A DNA stretch of 32,000 nt. Origin: Flavobacteriaceae bacterium (GTDB lineage: Bacteria; Bacteroidota; Bacteroidia; Flavobacteriales; Flavobacteriaceae). The stretch's first letter is position 1, and each line of letters opens with the position of its first letter. Made by a program: the position numbers and the translations under genes. Below are positions 18,003 to 26,765 of the stretch, piece after piece. The stretch spans positions 2,730,001 to 2,762,000 of the forward strand of contig OZ245049.1 in the NCBI GenBank assembly GCA_965224465.1, given 5' to 3'. The notes beneath the pieces were generated by a model, which made no database searches, was not told the origin of the DNA, and saw only the letters and a program-made list of their open reading frames with translations.

Positions 18003-19010
18003 CTAAGGTACTTCTATTTCGTTTACAATTTTATTAATAATATCTTCTGACGTTACATTCTCGGCTTCTGCCTCGTACGTTAGTCCAATACGGTGACGCA
18101 ATACATCATGTACAACGGCACGTACATCTTCTGGAATTACATAACCACGGCGTTTGATAAATGCATAACATTTAGCAGCCATTGCCAAGTTGATACTTCC
18201 CCTTGGTGATGCTCCAAAACTAATCAAGCCTGTCAACTCATCCAACTTATAACGAGAAGGATAGCGCGTTGCAAATACAATATCTAAAATATACTTTTCG
18301 ATTTTCTCGTCCATGTACACTTCTTTCACCGCTTCACGAGCACGTAAGATTTGAGCCACACTTACTACAGGGTTAATTTTTTCATAAGTCCCTTTTAGAT
18401 TCGCTCGCATGATCAATTGTTCTTCTTCCATTTTTGGATAATCGATCACGGTTTTTAACATAAAACGATCTATCTGTGCTTCTGGCAATGGATAAGTCCC
18501 TTCTTGTTCTATCGGGTTTTGAGTTGCCATTACTAAAAATGGCGCATCCAATTTAAATGTTTGATCTCCAATAGTAACCTGACGCTCTTGCATGGCTTCT
18601 AGCAATGCCGATTGCACTTTTGCAGGCGCACGGTTGATCTCATCTGCCAATACAAAATTGGCGAAAATAGGACCTTTTTTGATAGAAAACTCGTTGTCCT
18701 TAATATTGTATATCATGGTCCCAACAATATCCGCAGGCAATAAATCTGGCGTAAATTGCACCCTACTAAAAGAAGCATCAACGGCTTTTGACAAGGTATT
18801 AATAACCAATGTTTTTGCCAATCCAGGCACTCCTTCTAATAATATATGTCCGTTTCCAAGCAATCCGATCAGCAATCTCTCGACCATGTGTTTTTGACCT
18901 ACAATTACTTTATTGATTTCCATAGTTAACAAATCGATAAAGGCACTTTCCTTTTCTATTTTTTCATTGATTGCCCTGATATCAATAGCCGCTTTGTTTT
19001 CTTCAATCAT
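18003..19010 (-). CDS. moxR: MoxR family AAA+ ATPase (AAA_3)
   Basis: Walker A GVPGLAKT and Walker B VLADEINRA. FLVMATQNPIEQEGTYPLPEAQIDRF is the typical MoxR core. Confidence 0.92.
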   Translation of the reverse strand: MIEENKAAIDIRAINEKIEKESAFIDLLTMEINKVIVGQKHMVERLLIGLLGNGHILLEGVPGLAKTLVINTLSKAVDASFSRVQFTPDLLPADIVGTMIYNIKDNEFSIKKGPIFANFVLADEINRAPAKVQSALLEAMQERQVTIGDQTFKLDAPFLVMATQNPIEQEGTYPLPEAQIDRFMLKTVIDYPKMEEEQLIMRANLKGTYEKINPVVSVAQILRAREAVKEVYMDEKIEKYILDIVFATRYPSRYKLDELTGLISFGASPRGSINLAMAAKCYAFIKRRGYVIPEDVRAVVHDVLRHRIGLTYEAEAENVTSEDIINKIVNEIEVP

Positions 19011-19215
19011 CTCTTAATATTTAATGCGTGAATGTACCACCCTTTATTTAGACATGCAAATACTTACTTTTATTTCGTTTACCTAGTTAAAAATAGGTTA
19101 AAACCAAGTAATTTAATAGATGTTTAACCTTCAAAAAAGCATTTTTTCAGCGCTAAACCAAAATATATATTTACTATTTACCAAGCCAGAAAGCACGTAT
19201 CCATCTTATTATATA

Positions 19216-19223
19216 TATATTTG
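19216..19223 (+). promoter_or_regulatory. Candidate -7 box TATATTTG for the TonB-dependent receptor gene
   Basis: Exact TAnnTTTG match ending 21 nt before the ATG at 19245. No clear -33 TTG. Confidence 0.3.
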
Positions 19224-19244
19224 ATATTGCTAAAAACAATCATT

Positions 19245-21920
19245 ATGATAAGAAAAAGATTCATTTATTCAATTATTACAACACTACTATTTGTATCACC
19301 TGTAATATCACAAACTCAAATTCGCATTTCAGGAAAAGTACTAACATCCTCAGGGGAAGGCATTCCATTTGCCACTATAATAGAACAAGGAAACGTCAAC
19401 GGAACAACATCTAATGAAAAAGGAGAATTTAACTTTAAAGTATCTAAAATTCCAACCAAGCTAAAAGCGTCCTTCATAGGTTTTAAAAACAACACAATAA
19501 GCATCCATTCAGCAACAAACATTCGCATTATTTTACAAGAAGACAACGTGAGTTTAGAAGAGGTAATAATTACAGGAAACAGGGCAAAACCAAGAACCGT
19601 TTTAGACTCACCCGTACCTGTAGACAATGTAGGTGTCGAAGAACTAAAATCGAGTGGGCAAACAAGTATTGACCATATGTTAACCTACAAAATACCGTCC
19701 TATAATGCAACACAACAGACCATCTCTGATGGAACCGCACATTTTGACCCAGCAGACTTAAGAGGCTTAGGACCGAGTAGAACACTGGTTTTAATCAATG
19801 GGAAAAGGAAAAATCAAAGCGCACTTGTGTATGTAAATGACACGCCAGGAAAAGGAGAAGTAGGTACAGATATGAAAAGCATTCCAATAGCAGCTATTGA
19901 ACGGATAGAAGTACTTAGAGATGGCGCCTCTGCTCAATATGGTTCTGACGCCATTGCAGGAGTTATAAACATCATCTTAAAAAAAAATGTCAGTTATTCG
20001 AACGTATCTATCACTTCTGGAATAAGCACTGAAGGAGATGGATTTAATATTGGTGCGGATCTAAACACGACATTAACTGTTGGAGAAAAAGGCTATATAA
20101 ACGTTACATTTTCTTATTACAAACAAGAAGAAACAAACCGCGCTGGAAAACCTGGATCCGATGTATTATTTGGAGTGGATGGTACCAACCCATGGGTTCA
20201 GAAAAATCCTGATTTAGGAATGACAATTGGGCAACCAAAACAAGAAAAAGGAGAACTCTTTTACAATGCCTCTTTTCCTTCAAATACAAATGAAAACGTA
20301 TTTTATACTTTTGGAGGACTCAATGTAAGAAAAGGAATAAGTTATGCTTTGTACCGCACCCCATATTGGGTAGGTGACCCGCACCATTTACTACATGCCA
20401 AAGGAACAGAATACCAAGGTTTTCAACCCACATTTGAGACCAGTATTCAAGACTTTTTTAACAGTCTAGGTTACACTTTTAATTTGCTAGGATTTAAAGC
20501 CGACTTGGGTGGTACTTTTGGATTAAACAATGTAAGATACACCATCAACAATACATTGAATCCATCCTTAGGCGCAAACAGTCCCACAAAATTCTATGCA
20601 GGAGGTTATCAATTTAACAGCCTGATAGGAAACTTTGATTTGGTACGTTCTTTAGGAGATATAAGTATTGCACTAGGCTTAGAGGCAAAAAAAGAAACAT
20701 TCAAAGCATCGGCAGGAGAAAAAGCGTCATATGCAGGAGGCGGCGCACAATCTTTCCCTGGAATACAACCTTCGAACGCAGTAAATGAATCCAGAAACAA
20801 CATTGGAGCATACATTAATTTGGACTATGATATTACAGCCAATTTTCTTTTAGGAGGCGCTTTTAGATATGAGGATTATTCAGATTTTGGAAACAACAGC
20901 TCTTGGAAAGTAAACACACGTTACAAACTGGGAACAAAAGGAGCTATCAGAGCATCCTACAGTACTGGATTTAGAGCTCCTAGTTTACATCAGATATACT
21001 TGAGTAATATTCAAACGCTCGTTTCTGGAGGAACCATCTCAAACCAAGGAACTTTTAACAATCACAACCCCATAATACGAGACCAATTAGGCGTCCCTCA
21101 ATTACATGCAGAAACCTCTAAAAACATCAGTGCAGGTACCACCTTAAAACCGATGAAAAACTTAACTATCTCTGCCGATTTTTACAACGTAAAAGTGAAT
21201 GATCGTGTCCTATTTACAAGTTCTGTAGCAGGAGATAGCGATGACAGTACCATAAACCCCGTAGAACAAATCCTATTAGACAACAAGATTACAAGTATGA
21301 AGTTTTTTATAAATGCAGTAAACACCAATACAAAAGGTGTAGACTTAGTGGTAAATTACAACAATATGGGACTAGGAAAAGGAACTTTAGGAATCACCTT
21401 AAGTGCTAATTGGAACGAAACTAAAATAGACGGTAAAATTAAAACCCCCGCAATATTAGCTGCCAATGGTTACGACATTTTTGATCGAAAAGAACAGTCT
21501 CGTATTACCTCATCCAGACCTAAAACAAAAGTGCTTTTAGGATTGAACTACACATTAAACAAGCTCAATATCAACTTAAACAATACGTATTTTGGAGACG
21601 TTACATGGAGGCATCAAAACAATGGATTAAACGGAGCACCTTTAGGACCAGGCGGATCATTATTACCTATAGAAGACAGTGCCTACGATCAAACCTTTGC
21701 GGGTAAAACAATTACAGATTTGAACTTCGGATATCAATTTACTGAAAAATTATCAGGAACATTTACAGTCAATAATTTACTAAATGTATACCCCGATGTA
21801 ATAGACACCAAAGGCGATTTTGTTACCGACTTAGGCGGGCGATTTAAATACCCTTGGGAAGTAAATCAATTTGGTTTTAACGGCACCATACTAAAGGCAG
21901 GACTCTCGTATCAATTTTAA
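19245..21920 (+). CDS. TonB-dependent receptor with N-terminal CarboxypepD_reg-like domain
   Basis: Signal peptide MIRKRFIYSIITTLLFVSPVISQ, then IRISGKVLTSSGEGIPFATII. Plug domain (LEEVIITG, DLRGLGPSRTLVLINGKR, IERIEVLRDGASAQYGSDAIAGVINI) and a beta-barrel ending LSYQF. The TTG start at 19221 in the ORF track is replaced by the ATG at 19245. Confidence 0.88.
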   Translation: MIRKRFIYSIITTLLFVSPVISQTQIRISGKVLTSSGEGIPFATIIEQGNVNGTTSNEKGEFNFKVSKIPTKLKASFIGFKNNTISIHSATNIRIILQEDNVSLEEVIITGNRAKPRTVLDSPVPVDNVGVEELKSSGQTSIDHMLTYKIPSYNATQQTISDGTAHFDPADLRGLGPSRTLVLINGKRKNQSALVYVNDTPGKGEVGTDMKSIPIAAIERIEVLRDGASAQYGSDAIAGVINIILKKNVSYSNVSITSGISTEGDGFNIGADLNTTLTVGEKGYINVTFSYYKQEETNRAGKPGSDVLFGVDGTNPWVQKNPDLGMTIGQPKQEKGELFYNASFPSNTNENVFYTFGGLNVRKGISYALYRTPYWVGDPHHLLHAKGTEYQGFQPTFETSIQDFFNSLGYTFNLLGFKADLGGTFGLNNVRYTINNTLNPSLGANSPTKFYAGGYQFNSLIGNFDLVRSLGDISIALGLEAKKETFKASAGEKASYAGGGAQSFPGIQPSNAVNESRNNIGAYINLDYDITANFLLGGAFRYEDYSDFGNNSSWKVNTRYKLGTKGAIRASYSTGFRAPSLHQIYLSNIQTLVSGGTISNQGTFNNHNPIIRDQLGVPQLHAETSKNISAGTTLKPMKNLTISADFYNVKVNDRVLFTSSVAGDSDDSTINPVEQILLDNKITSMKFFINAVNTNTKGVDLVVNYNNMGLGKGTLGITLSANWNETKIDGKIKTPAILAANGYDIFDRKEQSRITSSRPKTKVLLGLNYTLNKLNINLNNTYFGDVTWRHQNNGLNGAPLGPGGSLLPIEDSAYDQTFAGKTITDLNFGYQFTEKLSGTFTVNNLLNVYPDVIDTKGDFVTDLGGRFKYPWEVNQFGFNGTILKAGLSYQF

Positions 21921-21922
21921 CC

Positions 21923-22082
21923 CCAATTACAATCCAAAATGACAGATATAAATAGTTTGTTTTACGTTCTGAGCTTGTTAAAAAAAAGAACGATAGCAAT
22001 GGCTATCCTTCCGCTTTTTGCCTAGCTAAAATAAAAAATAATTCGATTTCTAAAACGTCACTGGGGAATGTATTTGGCATAA
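21923..22082 (+). repeat. Intergenic hairpin repeat, copy B (reference orientation)
   Basis: Starts 3 nt after the receptor stop codon. CCAATTACAATCCAAAATGACAGATATAAATAGTTTGTTTTACG...GATAGC-AATG-GCTATC...CCTAGCTAAAATAAAAAATAA...TTCTAAAACGTCACTGGGGAATGTATTTGGCAT. Confidence 0.85.
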
Positions 22083-22100
22083 AACACCTGTACAACAGCT

Positions 22101-22151
22101 ATCAAAAAGGGATGAAACAGCTTTTCAAGCACTGTTTTATCCCTTTTTGAT
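22101..22151. terminator. Strong bidirectional terminator hairpin between the convergent receptor and lpxH genes
   Basis: ATCAAAAAGGGATGAAACAG-(11 nt)-CTGTTTTATCCCTTTTTGAT: 13 perfect bp, one G-T pair and 6 further bp. T-rich after the stem on both strands. Confidence 0.7.
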
Positions 22152-22193
22152 TTAAAGACTGATCGTCCGTAAATTAACCTTTTCAATAAGAGA

Positions 22194-22258
22194 TTAAAAA
22201 AACAGAACGCGAGCCCTCCAAATCAGTTTTTCTAAACAAAAAAAACACCCTAAAAGTT
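22194..22258 (+). repeat. Possible right-half relic (G) of the intergenic repeat
   Basis: AAAAAACAGAACG is a 13-nt exact match to copy C. It is followed by a TCTAAACAAAAAAAACA and CTAAAAGT arrangement colinear with the right arm of copy D. Otherwise about 60 % identity. Confidence 0.3.
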
Positions 22259-22336
22259 AAAGAATTTTTCCTGCATGTACCTGTATCGTCCAGCAGACAA
22301 TATATTGAATCACTAAAACACAAAACGTTTCTATTA

Positions 22337-23092
22337 CTACAACAAGACGTCTTTTTCCAATTTCATTTCTCCATCCACTAAAACTCCATACGTAAAATGA
22401 GAAATCCAATCGCCAAGATTGATGTATTGAGCGCCCTTGTCTAGTGTTACAATCATCGGTAAATGTCGATGTCCAAACACAAAATAATCGGTGTGTTTTT
22501 CTGTGAGTTTTCGTTTTACATATTGCACCAACCACTCGTTATCTTCCCCTAAGAACACCACATCATCATCCCCTGAAATCAATTTATTTTTTACCGATAA
22601 ATACTGTGCAAAACGCACACCGATATCTGGGTGTAACCATCTGAACAAGCATTTTGAAAATCGATTTGTAAAAACTTTTTTCATGCGTTTATAACCAAGA
22701 TCACCAGGTCCAAGACCATCTCCATGTCCAACCAAAAAGGTTTTATTGTGAAACGTAAACTCTTTAGGTTTATAATATACAGGGATATTTAGTTCTTTTT
22801 CAAAATAATCGTCCATCCACAAATCGTGATTTCCAGCAAAAAAATAAATGGGGATCCCACTGTCTCTTATTTCAGCTAATTTCCCAAGCACTCGAACAAA
22901 ACCCTTCGGAACAACCGTTTTATATTCGAACCAAAAATCAAACAAATCTCCAAGGATAAAAATAGCTTCCGCATCTTCTTTAACACGATCCAACCACTGG
23001 ACAAATCGAATTTCTCGAGGTCTACTCAATGCGGGTGTGGGTGCTCCCAAATGTTGATCAGAAGCAAAATATACTTTAGTTTCTCTATTCAA
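22337..23092 (-). CDS. lpxH: UDP-2,3-diacylglucosamine diphosphatase
   Basis: Calcineurin-like phosphoesterase motifs in LpxH order: FASDQHLG, ILGDLFDFW, AGNHDLW, VGHGDG, FGHRH. Confidence 0.85.
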   Translation of the reverse strand: MNRETKVYFASDQHLGAPTPALSRPREIRFVQWLDRVKEDAEAIFILGDLFDFWFEYKTVVPKGFVRVLGKLAEIRDSGIPIYFFAGNHDLWMDDYFEKELNIPVYYKPKEFTFHNKTFLVGHGDGLGPGDLGYKRMKKVFTNRFSKCLFRWLHPDIGVRFAQYLSVKNKLISGDDDVVFLGEDNEWLVQYVKRKLTEKHTDYFVFGHRHLPMIVTLDKGAQYINLGDWISHFTYGVLVDGEMKLEKDVLL

Positions 23093-23120
23093 AATAATAC
23101 TTTAATAAAAAACAAAATTA

Positions 23121-24689
23121 CTACAATAAGTCAAGAGCATCTAATTCCATCACTTTTTTAATCATCGCATCCTCTTTTCTTAGGATGGTATAATATCCTA
23201 GATCGTCAAATAATTGTTGCGCTACTAATGCTTTCAAATACATACTTAACTCTTCTTTTACAGGTGATGCTAATGGAATATGATGCTCCTTTAAAAAAGA
23301 ATCAATCAAACCCTGATTTTTATCAAAATTAAGTACAAAATCGTCCAATTGCCATTTTTTTAAGGGGTCTCTATGGTTATCTACATACTTAAACACCCAA
23401 TTATTCAATTGAATAAACAACAGATTGCTCAGACTTGATTTAAGATCAATACCTACAAAAACATCCGGAATAATTCCGCCACCACCGTAGACTACTTTCC
23501 CCTTAGGAGTCACAAATTTTAAGGAATCCACCACTTTTATGCTGTCTTTCGAAACCAATTCTCCTGATTTCAACCGTTCAGAAAAACTGTGGTAATATTT
23601 TTCGTTAGATGTATTTGAATAAGGCCTTTGGATAGATCTACCCGTAGGCGTGTAGTAACGAGATGTTGTTAATCGTACGGCAGAGCCATCCCCTAAATCC
23701 ATTTCCTGTTGCACAAGTCCTTTCCCAAATGAGCGACGCCCAACAATAGTACCTTTATCATTATCCTGCAATGCTCCAGCAACTATTTCACTTGCCGATG
23801 CAGAATTCTCGTTGATCAATACATATAGATTTCCTGTTTCAAAAGCACCTTTTTCTGTAGCAAAAGATTTATCAATTTCACCATTTTTACTCTTGGTAAA
23901 AACGATCAATTTATCATCCTCCAAAAATTCATCCACAATACGATTTGCTATTCCCATAAAACCACCGGGGTTATTTCTTAAATCCAACACCAGGGTTTTC
24001 ATTCCTTTTCCTTTTAGTTCGGTTAAGGCAACCATAAACTCGTCGTAGGTTGTACGAGCAAATCGTTCTATAAAAATATATCCAATACGATCATTTATCA
24101 TATGATATCCAGAAACACTAGGTATGGAAATTTTATTGCGTTGAATGGATACAGAAATAACACTGTCCAAACTACGTCTATAAATGGTAAGATCCACTTT
24201 AGTGCGGGCATTTCCCTTTAAAAAATCCATAATTTTAGTGGACGTATATTCCTTGCCACATAAGGTATCATTGCCTGCAATCAATATTCGATCTCCCGCT
24301 TCCAATCCAGCAATATCACTAGGGCCATTCGCTATTATTTTTGTAATAGTAACCGTATCTTTATGCATAAGAAATTGCACGCCAATCCCATCAAATTTCC
24401 CCTGCATACTTTCGGTAATTCTTTGTAAATCTTCTTTTGGAATATATACAGAATGGGGATCTAATTTTTTTAACATTTGAGTAATTGCTCCGTCCAGTAA
24501 CTGGTCTACATCTACTTCGTCAACATAGTCATACTTAATATAATCCATTAAGTGTTTCATCTTAAGTTCACTTGTAGAACCCCGGAAAATTCCACTTCCT
24601 TTTTGATAGTTCAACAAATTACCAAGCACCATTCCAACAATAATGGCTATTGCCACAATAATAGGTAAATTCTTTATTTTATTACTCAT
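23121..24689 (-). CDS. S41 family C-terminal processing peptidase
   Basis: N-terminal TM, PDZ region (GIGVQF...IANGPSDIAGLEAGDRIL), catalytic Ser region NENSASASEIVAGALQD and Lys region GRRSFGKGLVQ. Confidence 0.85.
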   Translation of the reverse strand: MSNKIKNLPIIVAIAIIVGMVLGNLLNYQKGSGIFRGSTSELKMKHLMDYIKYDYVDEVDVDQLLDGAITQMLKKLDPHSVYIPKEDLQRITESMQGKFDGIGVQFLMHKDTVTITKIIANGPSDIAGLEAGDRILIAGNDTLCGKEYTSTKIMDFLKGNARTKVDLTIYRRSLDSVISVSIQRNKISIPSVSGYHMINDRIGYIFIERFARTTYDEFMVALTELKGKGMKTLVLDLRNNPGGFMGIANRIVDEFLEDDKLIVFTKSKNGEIDKSFATEKGAFETGNLYVLINENSASASEIVAGALQDNDKGTIVGRRSFGKGLVQQEMDLGDGSAVRLTTSRYYTPTGRSIQRPYSNTSNEKYYHSFSERLKSGELVSKDSIKVVDSLKFVTPKGKVVYGGGGIIPDVFVGIDLKSSLSNLLFIQLNNWVFKYVDNHRDPLKKWQLDDFVLNFDKNQGLIDSFLKEHHIPLASPVKEELSMYLKALVAQQLFDDLGYYTILRKEDAMIKKVMELDALDLL

Positions 24690-25111
24690 TACTCTTCTTT
24701 AAGATGTACAATTTCTACTCCTGCCGTTATTAAAAAATCGACTCCAGAAGTATCTTTATAAGCTTTTTGATAAACCACTCTTTTAATTCCTGCTTGGTGA
24801 ATAAGCTTACTACATTCTTTACAGGGCGAAAGGGTAATATACAATGTAGCTCCCTTACTAGATTGGGCAGAACTTGCTACTTTTAAAATAGCGTTTGCCT
24901 CTGCGTGTAATACATACCATTGAGTTACATTATCTGCGTCTTCGCAACAATTATCAAACCCTGTTGGAGCGCCATTAAAGCCATCGGATATAATCATGCG
25001 ATCCTTCACTATCAAGGCGCCAACTTTTTTACGTTCACAATATGATAATTTTGCCCATTCCTGAGCCATTCTCATATATGCTCTGTCGTATTTTAATTTT
25101 TTCTCGTCCAT
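24689..25111 (-). CDS. dCMP (deoxycytidylate) deaminase
   Basis: Zinc motifs HAEANAI and PCKECSKLI. 140 aa. Its stop overlaps the S41 start by 1 nt (TAATG). Confidence 0.85.
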   Translation of the reverse strand: MDEKKLKYDRAYMRMAQEWAKLSYCERKKVGALIVKDRMIISDGFNGAPTGFDNCCEDADNVTQWYVLHAEANAILKVASSAQSSKGATLYITLSPCKECSKLIHQAGIKRVVYQKAYKDTSGVDFLITAGVEIVHLKEE

Positions 25112-25167
25112 AAAAATAAATGCTACGCACGAAAATAAGGAGAATTAAGAAAAGGAAAGTTAAAATT

Positions 25168-25752
25168 TTACCAAAATTTTGAATTCATTAACATTGGGAT
25201 CACCAAACCGACTACAATTGCAGAACTAACCAAGACCCAATCACGCTTAGAAAATCTAAAAATACTACAGAAAACAAAGCCTAATAATAAAATAATAAAT
25301 GTTATAATAAGCTGCGCACACTCTATTCCCAGTGCAAATTCTAACAAAGGAAACAATAAATCATCTTCTTTACCAAGCAACATTTTAAATCCTCTAGAAA
25401 ATCCCAATCCGTGTATCAATCCAAAAAACAAGGCGAAAAATAAATTTATATTAAGCCCTGAATCACGTGATGATTTTTTAACCGTAAAAATATTAAACCA
25501 TGCAGTAATAAAGATAGTAATTGGAATTAAAAATTCTACCACCGAAGCTTTTACACTCACAACTCCATACGTTGCTAAAATCAAAGAAAAAGTATGACCA
25601 ATCGTAAATAAACTAATTAACAAGAACACTCTTCTTAGGCTATCAAATGTATAAATAACACATAATACAATCAAAAACAAAATATGATCATAGGCTTTCC
25701 AGTCCAGAACATGAAAAAAACCTTCTTTAATAAAAAACATAAACTGATCCAT
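25168..25752 (-). CDS. HupE/UreJ family membrane protein
   Basis: FIKEGFFHVLDWKAYDHILFLIVL N-terminus and GLIHGLGFS motif, with about 6 TM helices. Start set to the ATG at 25752, which has a -7 box 24 nt upstream. The 25815 start adds an implausible extension. Confidence 0.7.
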   Translation of the reverse strand: MDQFMFFIKEGFFHVLDWKAYDHILFLIVLCVIYTFDSLRRVFLLISLFTIGHTFSLILATYGVVSVKASVVEFLIPITIFITAWFNIFTVKKSSRDSGLNINLFFALFFGLIHGLGFSRGFKMLLGKEDDLLFPLLEFALGIECAQLIITFIILLLGFVFCSIFRFSKRDWVLVSSAIVVGLVIPMLMNSKFW

Positions 25753-25775
25753 AATGCAAATTTTAAGCGGAAACC

Positions 25776-25783
25776 CAAAGGTA
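25776..25783 (-). promoter_or_regulatory. Candidate -7 box TACCTTTG for the HupE/UreJ gene
   Basis: Exact TAnnTTTG match on the minus strand (plus strand CAAAGGTA), 24 nt upstream of the ATG at 25752. Confidence 0.35.
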
Positions 25784-25970
25784 GTAAACCTGATCATAAC
25801 CACCACATAAAACACTAAGAATACCTATCACCTTACAAAACAAGGCAACACACATGTTTACAAGAAGCTATCAAACATTGTCAACCAATACACAATAGGC
25901 GATGCACACTAAAACCTAAGTCCGAGTACGCATTCTTCTTATTAACAAGATAATTGTGGGGAAAAGTTAT

Positions 25971-26705
25971 TTAATTTAACACATTTAAGCGACTCAATAG
26001 ATTTGCACGGTTTCCTCTACTAATGGGAACCACTTCTCTATTTACAACAACGGAAGATTCTTCGATATCAACAATTTTTTTTAAATTCACTATAAACGAC
26101 CTATGTACTTGCACAAAAAGCGCTTCTGGCAGTTTTTCTTTCATCCTTTTTAAGGTAGAATGGACAATCAAGTTTTCTGATGATTCACGTTTTATAAGTA
26201 CATAATCACCTTTTGCTTCGACAAGCACAACGTCGTTTATATCTAACTTTACCAATTTTTTATTAATATTTACAAATACACTACCATCTCTATGAATCAC
26301 TTTATCGCTACGATCGTGCAATTTCTTCTCTAATAACAAGGGGGAATCAATAGCTTTGGCTCTTTTTTCTTTCACTCTAGCTATCGCTCTCATAAACCGA
26401 TCAAAAGGAAAAGGTTTTTTCAAATAATCAACCACATTATAATCAAAAGCTTTTACAGCATTTGCGTCATCCGCGGACAAAATAACTACGGGAGTACTCG
26501 GCGTGTTATTTAAAATATCAAAACCAGAAATATCCGGCATATTTACATCTAAAAAGATAACATCACATGCTGGCATATGATCTAATTCTTGTAAAGCTCT
26601 TACAGAATCTTTATAAACTGCGACGATTTCAATATTCAATTTTTCACAGTATGCTTTTAAAAAATCGATATAAAACTGATCGTCATCAATAATGATACAC
26701 TTCAT
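25971..26705 (-). CDS. LytTR family two-component response regulator
   Basis: Receiver with IIIDDD, phospho-acceptor context VIFLDVNMPD, ILSAD and YLKKP. C-terminal LytTR domain (VLVEAKGDYVLI...FVQVHRSFIVNL). Confidence 0.88.
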   Translation of the reverse strand: MKCIIIDDDQFYIDFLKAYCEKLNIEIVAVYKDSVRALQELDHMPACDVIFLDVNMPDISGFDILNNTPSTPVVILSADDANAVKAFDYNVVDYLKKPFPFDRFMRAIARVKEKRAKAIDSPLLLEKKLHDRSDKVIHRDGSVFVNINKKLVKLDINDVVLVEAKGDYVLIKRESSENLIVHSTLKRMKEKLPEALFVQVHRSFIVNLKKIVDIEESSVVVNREVVPISRGNRANLLSRLNVLN

Positions 26706-26765
26706 ACATTCGGTATTAAATTAAGGGATATTCTTTTTCTATTACAATCTAAATTCTCAAAACAC

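Noticed and set aside
19071-19098. ACCTAGTTAAAAA resembling the CCTAGCTAAAAC block of the repeat
   Set aside because: The match is about 11 of 12 nt with no colinear flanking similarity. It is too short to call a repeat fragment.
19233-19258. Fur-box-like AATCATTATGATAA overlapping the receptor start codon
   Set aside because: It is only a partial match to the enterobacterial 19-mer and overlaps the ATG, not the promoter. Bacteroidota Fur sites are poorly defined, and AT-rich palindromes arise easily here.
21923-22082. The repeat family considered as a CRISPR array or as integron attC sites
   Set aside because: The copies are kilobases apart, occur in both orientations, and have no regular spacer architecture. 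There are no cas genes, no integrase, and no GTTRRRY / RYYYAAC core sites at the ends.
22257-22535. 92-aa minus-strand ORF overlapping the 3' end of lpxH
   Set aside because: It is out of frame with a well-supported lpxH and has no motifs. Part of it lies in the spacer.
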